Positions 1 to 8,967 of a DNA stretch of 50,682 bases are shown piece by piece. The DNA comes from Promethearchaeota archaeon (GTDB taxonomy: Archaea; Asgardarchaeota; Lokiarchaeia; Sigyniarchaeales; SOKP01). Every line of letters begins with the position of its first letter. The first letter of the stretch is position 1. The notes under the pieces were generated by a model, which saw only the letters and a list, made by a program, of their open reading frames with translations, ran no database searches and was not told where the DNA came from. The stretch lies in NCBI GenBank assembly GCA_016839585.1, contig JAEOTZ010000059.1, positions 1 through 50,682 of the forward strand, given 5' to 3'. A program made the translations under genes and the position numbers.

Positions 1-1843
1 CAGGTGTTTTTTTTTCTAGATCAACACTAATAGCACCGTAAGGACAACGAGATACACAAGTCCCACAACTAGTACACTTATCTGTATCCACAAATGCATA
101 TAAAGGTTCTACATGGAAATATTCTTTTGAAAGCAAATTTCTACAGCGTCCTGCTGCAGCACTAGCTTGTGTGACAGTTTCTCTAATATCCTTTGGTGAT
201 TCTGCTCCACCAGCAATGAAAATACCATCAGTTGGAGTGTCTACTGGTCGAAGCTTAGGATGTGCTTCAATATAGAATCCTTTTGAATCCTTAGCAATAG
301 GAAAAGGAATAGATTCTGATGAACCTTCAACTCCTATAGAAAGGACTACTAAATCAAATTCTTCAGAGAGGATTGTTCCAGTGCTTATATTTTCAACATT
401 GACAATAAGATTATTAGTGATGGGATTTTCTTTAATTTGACCTGGACGCCCACGTATAAATAGAACACTTTCTTCTCTTGACCGTGAATAAAGTTCTTCA
501 AATCCTTTACCAAAGGCCCTAATATCAATAAAGAATATTGTAACCTCAACATCAGGCCAATGTTCTTTAATTAAAAGGCTATCCTTTATACTTTCCATAC
601 AACAGAAGTTAGAACAGTATGGATTAAATCGCTTATCACGCGCTCCTACACAATTAATAAAAGCAACTTTTTTTGGCTGCATAAGATCACTGGGACGTAC
701 AAGTTCTCCATTTGTTGGTCCTGCCGCATTAATTAACCTTTCAAATTCAAAAGTTGTTATAACGTTGGAATAATGACCCCATCCATATTCTGGGAGTTTA
801 GAGGCATCAAAAAGTTCAAAGCCTACTGCGATGATAATGGCTCCAACTTTATAATTAAAAGTTTTTTCGGAATCCTCATAATTTATGGCTTCTTTTTCAC
901 ATTCAGGAACACATTTTCCACAGGCTAAAGGAGAGAGACCTAAACAGCTCTTTTCATCAATTATATAACAAGCGGGTACTGCTTGTGGATATGGGATATA
1001 TATTGCTTTCCTCCAACCTAAGTTGCCAGAGTACTCATCAATAACGTTTTCAGGGCATATTGAGACGCAATCCCCGCATGCTGTACAGAGGTTTTCATCT
1101 ACATAGCGTGGGTATTTTTTAATTGTGACCTCAAAATTACCAATATATCCAGATATATTTGTAACTTCAGCACAGGAAATTAAATTAATATTTTCATGAT
1201 TACCTACATCAGCCATTTTGGGACCTAAAATACAGATCGAACAATCCATTGTTGGAAAAGTTTTATCGATGAGAGCCATCTTTCCTCCAATAGTAGGTGC
1301 TTTTTCAACAAGAATAACTTCAAATTCATCAGCTAAATCTAACGCAGCTTGAATTCCTGCTACTCCTCCTCCAATGATTAAGACTCTTCGTGTAATGGGA
1401 ACTACGATATCATCAATTGCTTCTAATAACTCAGCTTTAGCGATTGCCATTTCAAGGATTTCTTTAGCTTTTTTTGTCGCCTCTTCTTTTTCTGAAAGAT
1501 GTACCCAGCTACATTGTTCTCGGATATTAGCTACTTCTACTAGCGAAGGATTTATTCCAACTCGTCTTAAAAGCTTTTTCCATGTTGGACCATGCAATCT
1601 CGGGGAACATGCTGCTACAACTATCTTCTCTATACCTTGCTCGTTAATTGCTGTTTCGATTTCTACTTGTCCAGGGTCAGAACAAGTATATGTATTAACT
1701 TGAACTAATTTGACTCTTGTATCTTTTTCAATTTCTTTAGCTAATTGATCAATATCAACAGTTCCACCAATATTTTTTCCACATTTACATAGAAAAACCC
1801 CAATGTTTGGTTCGATTTCAGGTTTATCAGCACTTTCAGTCAT
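1..1843 (-). CDS. hdrA: Heterodisulfide reductase subunit A-like FAD/4Fe-4S protein (3' end runs off the window)
   Basis: Not in the ORF track; translated manually from ATG at 1843. Contains GVFLCKCG, AACSPRLH, ANIREQCSWVH, the FAD motif IIGGGVAGIQAA, DKTFPTMDCSICIL, ferredoxin motifs (CTACGDCVSICP, CTSCGTCVSRCP), CSNFCCM and HPKLRPVDT. Frame is open to the window edge. Confidence 0.95.
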   Translation of the reverse strand, partial: MTESADKPEIEPNIGVFLCKCGKNIGGTVDIDQLAKEIEKDTRVKLVQVNTYTCSDPGQVEIETAINEQGIEKIVVAACSPRLHGPTWKKLLRRVGINPSLVEVANIREQCSWVHLSEKEEATKKAKEILEMAIAKAELLEAIDDIVVPITRRVLIIGGGVAGIQAALDLADEFEVILVEKAPTIGGKMALIDKTFPTMDCSICILGPKMADVGNHENINLISCAEVTNISGYIGNFEVTIKKYPRYVDENLCTACGDCVSICPENVIDEYSGNLGWRKAIYIPYPQAVPACYIIDEKSCLGLSPLACGKCVPECEKEAINYEDSEKTFNYKVGAIIIAVGFELFDASKLPEYGWGHYSNVITTFEFERLINAAGPTNGELVRPSDLMQPKKVAFINCVGARDKRFNPYCSNFCCMESIKDSLLIKEHWPDVEVTIFFIDIRAFGKGFEELYSRSREESVLFIRGRPGQIKENPITNNLIVNVENISTGTILSEEFDLVVLSIGVEGSSESIPFPIAKDSKGFYIEAHPKLRPVDTPTDGIFIAGGAESPKDIRETVTQASAAAGRCRNLLSKEYFHVEPLYAFVDTDKCTSCGTCVSRCPYGAISVDLEKKTP

Positions 1844-1847
1844 ATAT

Positions 1848-2732
1848 TCATTCACTATCTTTAATTAATTTATCAATTTTCTTATTTTGTGCTTTAATTC
1901 GAAGTTGCTCTATTTTTTTGCTAAATCCTTCCTGCTCCTCTTCAACAAATTCTCCGCATATGATAATCCCTTTCTTGAAATCAAAAGTGGCCTGATGAGG
2001 GGGCCAATCAACCTTAATCCTAACTTGCTTTTTTAACCATTCTAGCATCTCTACAGCATCGCCTAATCTATTTTTAGACCCGTATTGGACAAAACAAGGA
2101 GCGAGTACTTCTATAAAACTGAATCCTTGATTGTCTATGCATTTAAAAATACTTTTTTGTAATCTAAGTGTGTCATATCCAGGCCATCTAGCGACATATG
2201 TAGCTCCTGCCGCAGCTGCTAGACTTACCAAATTGAAGGGAGGTTCCACATTTCCATATGGAGTTGTTGAAGTAATGTCGCCAATCTGACTTGTAGGGGC
2301 TACTTGTCCTCCAGTCATGCCATATATATTGTTATTTATACAGAGAACAGTTATCTCTGCATTTCTTCTAGCAGCATGGATAAAATGATTCCCTCCTATA
2401 GCAAAAAGATCTCCATCTCCCGACAAAACAATAACCTTTAATTTAGGATTTGCCAATTTTATACCAGTCGCAAAGGGTATAGCTCTCCCATGTGTAGTAT
2501 GGAAAGCAGGTGCTTTAAAACAGCCACTAGATCGACCTGTACATCCTATGCCAGATACAATGGCATAATCTTTAGATGTGAGTCCTCTTTCTTTTAGACA
2601 GCTTGTAATTGATGTAATTACTGTTCCAATTAAACAACCCGGACAAAAAATGAAACGATGTAAATTTAACATATCGATTAAGGGATGACCAAGTGCTTCA
2701 GGAGGGATTGATATTTGATCTGATGGACTCAT
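1848..2732 (-). CDS. korB: 2-oxoacid:ferredoxin oxidoreductase beta subunit (TPP-binding)
   Basis: FCPGC, SGIGC, HGRA, GDGD...NNNIYGMTGGQ TPP motif. Confidence 0.92.
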   Translation of the reverse strand: MSPSDQISIPPEALGHPLIDMLNLHRFIFCPGCLIGTVITSITSCLKERGLTSKDYAIVSGIGCTGRSSGCFKAPAFHTTHGRAIPFATGIKLANPKLKVIVLSGDGDLFAIGGNHFIHAARRNAEITVLCINNNIYGMTGGQVAPTSQIGDITSTTPYGNVEPPFNLVSLAAAAGATYVARWPGYDTLRLQKSIFKCIDNQGFSFIEVLAPCFVQYGSKNRLGDAVEMLEWLKKQVRIKVDWPPHQATFDFKKGIIICGEFVEEEQEGFSKKIEQLRIKAQNKKIDKLIKDSE

Positions 2733-2735
2733 ATT

Positions 2736-3881
2736 TTAAACCTCCTTCATCAATTTCTCATAAATAAATTTAGGACTAAAAGGTATGGTAGTAGGAATTG
2801 TAATCCCAGAAACCATAAACAAATGCCGAAATCTCTGGACTTCTCTAATTATCATTCCATTGTTCATTTCACAAACAATAACCTTTGAAGCCCCCATTTG
2901 CCCAATTCTTTCCATTAATTCATCAGGAAAGGGCCATAGACTTTTTAATCGTACAAGTCCCACCTTATATCCTTTTTGGCGTGCTTGCTCAACGACTTCT
3001 GGCACCCCTCTTGCATTAATTCCATAGGCTAAGATAACGATATTAGCATCATCTAAATGTTTTTCCTCCCAATCATTAATTTGAGGTCTTGCTTTCCTAA
3101 TTTTTTCACAAAGCCGCTTAATGAGAACTTCTGCCGCCTCCGGTGTCATTTCTGGATTACCCTCTATATCATGAGTTAAACCTGTAACATAAAAAGAATA
3201 GTTAGTTCCTGCAATTGCCATTCCAGGTACAAGATCATCATCAAAAGCTTCAAAAGGTTTATACTTCTCAGGTGGAACTTGGGGTTTCTTACGCTCTACC
3301 AATTCAATATTTGAATGTATATTAACAACTTCCATCATTTGTCCTAAAATTCCGTCTGAAGCGACAATTACCGGTATACGATATTTCTCAGATAAATTAA
3401 ATGCACGTATGGTTAAATCGTACATTTCTTGAACTGTAGATGGGGCTAAAACAATTATTTCATAATCTCCATGAGAAGCATATCTCGTTTGATATACATC
3501 AGACTGAGATGCATTTGTAGGTTGTCCTGTACTTGGACCTCCTCTCATTATGGTGACGATAACTGCTGGTGCTTCTAACATCACACCCAAACCTATACTT
3601 TCAGCCATAAGCGAAAAACCTGGTCCTGAAGTTGCTGTCATAGCTTTCATTCCAGCATAAGAAGCTCCAAAACAACTTGTGATTGAAGCCAACTCATCTT
3701 CCATTTGAATAAATGTTCCATTAACTTGAGGAAGACGTCTTGACATATAAGCAGCAATTTCTGAGGATGGTGTGATAGGATACCCCGCAAAATATAAACA
3801 TCCTGCGGTAATCGCACCTTCTGCACATGCATAATTTCCAGTAGTTAATATTCTCTTTTCTTGGAATCTTGCCTTACTCAT
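2736..3881 (-). CDS. korA: 2-oxoacid:ferredoxin oxidoreductase alpha subunit
   Basis: GYPITPSSE, QMEDE, TATSGPGFSLM, RGGPSTG. Confidence 0.93.
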   Translation of the reverse strand: MSKARFQEKRILTTGNYACAEGAITAGCLYFAGYPITPSSEIAAYMSRRLPQVNGTFIQMEDELASITSCFGASYAGMKAMTATSGPGFSLMAESIGLGVMLEAPAVIVTIMRGGPSTGQPTNASQSDVYQTRYASHGDYEIIVLAPSTVQEMYDLTIRAFNLSEKYRIPVIVASDGILGQMMEVVNIHSNIELVERKKPQVPPEKYKPFEAFDDDLVPGMAIAGTNYSFYVTGLTHDIEGNPEMTPEAAEVLIKRLCEKIRKARPQINDWEEKHLDDANIVILAYGINARGVPEVVEQARQKGYKVGLVRLKSLWPFPDELMERIGQMGASKVIVCEMNNGMIIREVQRFRHLFMVSGITIPTTIPFSPKFIYEKLMKEV

Positions 3882-4161
3882 TGTTTATAACCTCCTTAAT
3901 TTCTGTTTCCAAAATATATAATGAAACTGTAGGACATAACCGTTCACATTGTCTGCATCCTGCACACTCTTCAGGTTTAATCACTATTGCATAGTGGAGC
4001 ATGCGACTATTGAACTTATCTTCACTTATTTCGATTATATCTTTTGGACAGAATGTCAAACATAATTCACAACCATCGCATTGTTCAGAATCTATTAATA
4101 TCTCATATTTTTTCTCAGGGGAAGGAGGTGGTAAAATGGGAGTTCGTTTAGACTTTAACAT
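3874..4161 (-). CDS. korD: 2-oxoacid:ferredoxin oxidoreductase delta subunit (2x[4Fe-4S] ferredoxin)
   Basis: Two CxxCxxCxxxCP motifs; overlaps the korA start. Confidence 0.88.
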   Translation of the reverse strand: MLKSKRTPILPPPSPEKKYEILIDSEQCDGCELCLTFCPKDIIEISEDKFNSRMLHYAIVIKPEECAGCRQCERLCPTVSLYILETEIKEVINNE

Positions 4162-4351
4162 TTTTTAATCCTCTAGTATACATACACTTCTGACTATATT
4201 TTTTTCTCTTATGCTTTAAAATAATAGTTACTCTTTTAAATTTGCTTTTTCATAGTATAAGTAATTCATTAAATAGCGATTTCTTTTATGAAATTACCTC
4301 GACGAGAAATAAAAAGTTAAATCTAATAAGGTTTTATTAAAGAAATACAAT

Positions 4352-4924
4352 TTATTGGGATTTATTTACATATTCCTTATAGAGAACTTGGCCAAGTTGA
4401 TAACTTTGAATATTGATGGCTCTAAACCGTTCTGGCATACTATTTAAAACTTGGTCATAATACTTTTCTTTTAAATCAATTTTTCCATTCTCTTTAAGAT
4501 ATTGAGAGAGGAATCCTAAACAAAGAATATTCGCGCTCTTGGGCATTTTATTTTCATCAGCTCGTCTTGTAATTGGAACACGGTGGATTTTACCTTTCTG
4601 GATGATTTCTTCGGCGTTAGCAATTGTATGTTCATCAATAAAGGAGACTGTTTTTTCATATATACATTCAGAGGCGCGTTCGAATCCTTTTTGATCTATG
4701 GCAATAAAGATGTCTGCGTCTTTATCGCAGAATGGATATGATATAGGAGCAGAGTCTAGAATAACATCACAAAAAATAGGACCCCCTCTAACTGAAGGTG
4801 TATAGTCAACTGTGAGTGTCACATAATAATTAGCAGCCATTGCAACTCGAACTAATACACTTCCTAAAAATTTGATACCTTGGCCTCCTCTACCAGAAAA
4901 TCTTATTTTTAATTTTTCATTCAT
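4352..4924 (-). CDS. korC: 2-oxoacid:ferredoxin oxidoreductase gamma subunit
   Basis: SGRGGQG N-terminal motif, Y.PSVRGG; lies upstream of korDAB. Confidence 0.88.
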   Translation of the reverse strand: MNEKLKIRFSGRGGQGIKFLGSVLVRVAMAANYYVTLTVDYTPSVRGGPIFCDVILDSAPISYPFCDKDADIFIAIDQKGFERASECIYEKTVSFIDEHTIANAEEIIQKGKIHRVPITRRADENKMPKSANILCLGFLSQYLKENGKIDLKEKYYDQVLNSMPERFRAINIQSYQLGQVLYKEYVNKSQ

Positions 4925-5171
4925 GGAGAATATAAAAATATTTGCTACCTATTATTTTAATTTAGTTTATCATATTTTTAAAATATTATATATAAGTACT
5001 TCTCTCTCAGATTTTATTTTATTAATTTTTACCAACCTTAGAATGATTCCTATGTCTTAAAAACAATTTATATATTATGTATTTATCATTCCCTTATTAG
5101 TTAAAGAATTATTTTTAATTGATTAAAATTTTAGTATTCTATAACTTATAATCATATAGGTAAATAATAAA

Positions 5172-6356
5172 ATGAAATTTATTGCATTTTTTGAGTTTCA
5201 ACTAGATAGGCTAGAAAAAATTCTTGAAATAGGGAATCAAACCGAAAATAACGTAGAAATCATATATCCTTTTCAAATATTAGCCGAAAATTATAAAGGA
5301 ATCACCGGTTTTGTAATATTCAAGTCTGAGAATGCACTTAGTCCCAAAATTAGAAAATATTTATTAAAATACGCTCGAGAAGGTGTAAACATAGAACTTA
5401 TGCCTATCTGGGAAAACTCGAAACTTAAGAAAGAACTCACGATATTCAGAGAAGCAAAACAAAAAGCAGAACAGCAATGGGAAAGATATAAATTTCAAAA
5501 GATTAAAAATCTTGGATCTACAAAGACTCTTGAAATTCTTCCACTTATAGATTGGCATTCAAATCGAGATGATTTGAAGGTTGAACTTGGAGTTTCTTAT
5601 CTAATTAAAACTGATGAAGAATCAATTCTATTTGATGTTGGATTAAATTCAGTTCAAAGAGACCCTTCACCACTACTAATTAATATGAAACAATTGGGAA
5701 TCTCTTTAGAAGATTTTAATATCATTGTTATTTCTCATAATCATGGTGATCATGTTGGTGGAGGAAAATGGGTAAAAAATAAGACGTTTTCCCTCACAGC
5801 AAATCAAATAGATCTTGGTGATAAGAAGGTGTATACACCAATTCCAATGAGCTATCCTGGATTGATCCCTATTTGTTCAGAAAAACCTATGATCCTTGCA
5901 AAAGGAGTAGCAACTATAGGAACAATATCTAATTCCTTATTTTTGTTTGGTTTGGAAAAAGAACAAGCATTAGCTATAAATGTTGAAGGAAAGGGTTTAG
6001 TAATAGTAGTAGGATGTGGTCACCAAACATTACCTAAAATAATTGAACGCACTGAAGTTTTATTTGACGAACCTATTTATGGTCTCATAGGTGGGCTTCA
6101 TTATCCAGTCAATGGTGGACCTATTGAAATAATGGGATGGTTTCCTCACAAAATGTTAGGAACTGGAAAACTTCCATGGAATCCAATTACAATGGAAGAA
6201 TTACAGGAAAATATTGAATTTTTAAAGAAGAGAAATCCTAAAATAGTTGCCCTTTCTGCACATGATAGTAGTGAGGTAAGTATAAAAGCATTTAATGATG
6301 CCTTTCCAGAAGCTAGTAAAGATATTAATGTAGGAGAGAGAATTATCATAGGGTAG
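5172..6356 (+). CDS. MBL-fold metallo-hydrolase with an extra ~85-aa N-terminal domain
   Basis: ILFDVG, SHNHGDHVGG (HxHxDH), EQAL, VGCGH, IGGLH, SAHD. Confidence 0.85.
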   Translation: MKFIAFFEFQLDRLEKILEIGNQTENNVEIIYPFQILAENYKGITGFVIFKSENALSPKIRKYLLKYAREGVNIELMPIWENSKLKKELTIFREAKQKAEQQWERYKFQKIKNLGSTKTLEILPLIDWHSNRDDLKVELGVSYLIKTDEESILFDVGLNSVQRDPSPLLINMKQLGISLEDFNIIVISHNHGDHVGGGKWVKNKTFSLTANQIDLGDKKVYTPIPMSYPGLIPICSEKPMILAKGVATIGTISNSLFLFGLEKEQALAINVEGKGLVIVVGCGHQTLPKIIERTEVLFDEPIYGLIGGLHYPVNGGPIEIMGWFPHKMLGTGKLPWNPITMEELQENIEFLKKRNPKIVALSAHDSSEVSIKAFNDAFPEASKDINVGERIIIG

Positions 6357-6702
6357 GTTCAAATACATAAGCATTTACTTCCTTTCCATCTAGATTTTCA
6401 CAAATTTTCCTATAAACAGGTTTTAATTTCATACCAATTAGCAAATTTTCTTGAGTTGAAACTTGTCCAATCGCTTTTATTCCATTTTCAAATTGTACAA
6501 CTCCAAGTGCATAAGATGGCTTATCTCGAAATTCTGCCGGAGGAGCATATAAAATTGTAAATGTAATTAATTTGCATTCTCCTGATGCTTCCATTAATGT
6601 AAATTTATCATTCTTACAATTTAAACATCTCAGATGAGATTTATGCTGTAAGAATCCACAATTATCACACTTTTTCCATTCGGTTTTTACTTTATTATTC
6701 AT
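6346..6702 (-). CDS. DUF35-type Zn-ribbon/OB-fold protein
   Basis: CDNC...CLNC Zn ribbon followed by an OB fold (G.L.TFTI..PP.F....SYALGVV). Confidence 0.85.
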   Translation of the reverse strand: MNNKVKTEWKKCDNCGFLQHKSHLRCLNCKNDKFTLMEASGECKLITFTILYAPPAEFRDKPSYALGVVQFENGIKAIGQVSTQENLLIGMKLKPVYRKICENLDGKEVNAYVFEPTL

Positions 6703-7050
6703 TATTCTCTCATCCTTTCAATTAAAACCTTAAAAAAAAATTCATATTAAAAATTATCATAATAATTTCCAAATTATTCTGTCCTATTATAAATCATATT
6801 AAAGAATTATATAATAAGAATTATAATAAATAATTCCAAACCAACCTATTTCAAATTGATAATTGGTATAAAATTAGAACATTTTATTTATCCTCTTTAT
6901 TTATATGAAATATATTTTAAAAATGATCAATTTTAAACGTTTTTTAAAAAAGAAAAGTTTAAAATGACCTTATTTCATATATGATTTCGAAGAATTTTTT
7001 TTACATATACCATTTTATTTTTTGATTTTAATATTTTTGTCTAAGAAAAT

Positions 7051-8910
7051 GTGATGAATGAAAATAAATTTGATTTAAAGACACTAAAAATAGATTATGA
7101 TTCCATTTTTAAGAAAATTCCTACTCCTACTTATCTTTGGCAAAAAAGAGATCAAGATTTAATTCTAATTGATTACAATAATGCTGCTAAAGAGATCACT
7201 GATGGTAAAATAATTAATTATTTGGGGACTAAAGCTTCAGAACTATATGAAAACCAACCTAAGATACTAAAAGACCTATACTTGTGCCTTAATGAGCAAA
7301 AACCTATTTCTAGAGAAATAAATTATCATTATCAATCTACAGGAAGAAATAAAGAACTCTCTGTAATTTATAATTTTATTCCACCAAATTTAGTACTAGT
7401 TCATACAAAAGATATTACTGAACAAAAAAAAGCAGAACAAGAATTACGAGAAAATGAAATACGTTATCGTTCCATTGTAGAAAATTCTCATGATGGAATT
7501 CTTATCGTAAATGAAAATTATCAATTCACTTATGTAAATAATCAGTTATGTAAAATCTTAGATTACTCTTATGATGAGATTATTGGTCAAGATTTTCGAA
7601 ATTTCCTAGATGATGAGAGTAAAAAACTTGTAGCAGATCGTTATGTTCGTAGACAAAGAGGGGAAAAAGTACCAGCCAGATATGAGTTTAATGTTGTTAG
7701 GAAAAATGGTGAAAAAAGACGTGTTGAGATAATTTCTACAGTAACAACAGAGTTGAAGGGAGGAATAAAAACCATAGCTCAAATCTTGGATATTACGGAG
7801 CGTGAAAAAATTGAAAAAAAATTTCGGAAAATATTTGAAGATTCACCCTTTTCTATAGTTCTGGTTAATTTAAAAGGAAAAATCATTGATTGCAATCCAG
7901 CAACATTAAAATATAGTGGATATGAAAAGGAGGATTTAGTTGGTAAAAATTTTAGAGATCTTAAATTGTTTCATCCAAAATCTTTTCCTCCCCTTCAAGA
8001 GACTTTTAATCAATTACTAAAGGGAGATAAGCCTAATGATTTTGATATTCAAATGTATAAAAAAAATGGAGACTTAGTCTGGATAAATTTACAAGCTTCA
8101 CGAGTCAAGTTAAAAAGTGAAACCTTTTTTCAAGTTATAATACATAATATTACAAAACAAAAACAAGCAGATCTTCTTATAAGAGAGCAGATTAGAAAAT
8201 TAGAAGTTTTAAATCAAATCCAAAAGGAATTTATAACTAGAGCGTCCCACGAATTAAAAACTCCTTTAATGTCAATAAGTGGTGCTAGCGAACTTTTAAT
8301 TGATAATTACAATGATAAATTAGATAAGAATGCTTTGGAAATGCTTGGAATGATACAAAGAAATAATGAACGATTAATATATCTTGCTAATAATCTTCTT
8401 GATATTACTCGTATAGATTATAATAAACTCACATTGAATAAACAACCACATAATATATGTGATATAATTAGAGAGATATCAAACGAAATGAACCTTTTTT
8501 TAAAAAAACGTAAAATCAATTTAATAATGAATCTCCCTAAAACTGTAGTATTAAATATAGATAAAATAAGATTCGAACAAGTAATAACAAATTTGATTTC
8601 AAATGCAATTAAAAATACACCTATTAATGCTAACATTGAAATTATGGTAAAACATAAAGGAGAAACCATTATTATATCTATAAGTGATACAGGAATAGGC
8701 TTAACTAAAGATGAAATTAGTAAATTATTTACCAAATTTGGTAAAATAGAAAGATATGGAGAAGGCTTAGAATTTCTTAATATTCAAGGTTCTGGTCTTG
8801 GATTATATTTAACAAAAGAAATTATAGACTTACATGAGGGAACCATTAGTGTAGAATCTGCTGGAAGAAATATGGGAGCAAATTTTATAATTGAATTACC
8901 ATTAAAGTAA
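7051..8910 (+). CDS. Cytoplasmic PAS-domain sensor histidine kinase (3 PAS + HisKA + HATPase)
   Basis: PAS/PAC repeats ending DITE; H-box SHELKTPL; N-box NLISNAIK; G boxes DTGIG and GSGLGL; no TM segment. Confidence 0.93.
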   Translation: MMNENKFDLKTLKIDYDSIFKKIPTPTYLWQKRDQDLILIDYNNAAKEITDGKIINYLGTKASELYENQPKILKDLYLCLNEQKPISREINYHYQSTGRNKELSVIYNFIPPNLVLVHTKDITEQKKAEQELRENEIRYRSIVENSHDGILIVNENYQFTYVNNQLCKILDYSYDEIIGQDFRNFLDDESKKLVADRYVRRQRGEKVPARYEFNVVRKNGEKRRVEIISTVTTELKGGIKTIAQILDITEREKIEKKFRKIFEDSPFSIVLVNLKGKIIDCNPATLKYSGYEKEDLVGKNFRDLKLFHPKSFPPLQETFNQLLKGDKPNDFDIQMYKKNGDLVWINLQASRVKLKSETFFQVIIHNITKQKQADLLIREQIRKLEVLNQIQKEFITRASHELKTPLMSISGASELLIDNYNDKLDKNALEMLGMIQRNNERLIYLANNLLDITRIDYNKLTLNKQPHNICDIIREISNEMNLFLKKRKINLIMNLPKTVVLNIDKIRFEQVITNLISNAIKNTPINANIEIMVKHKGETIIISISDTGIGLTKDEISKLFTKFGKIERYGEGLEFLNIQGSGLGLYLTKEIIDLHEGTISVESAGRNMGANFIIELPLK

Positions 8911-8967
8911 ATCTTAATCTTTAATAATTAAAAAAGTATTATAGATTAAAGACTAAAATAAGATAAT

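Noticed and set aside
1374-1995. Plus-strand ORFs of 109 aa and 62 aa
   Set aside because: Antisense shadows of hdrA and korB
4261-4297. Imperfect inverted repeat GTAATTCAT...ATGAAATTAC between korC and korD as a possible SECIS
   Set aside because: AT-rich, lacks a convincing AUGA/GA core, and there is no in-frame UGA in the neighbouring genes
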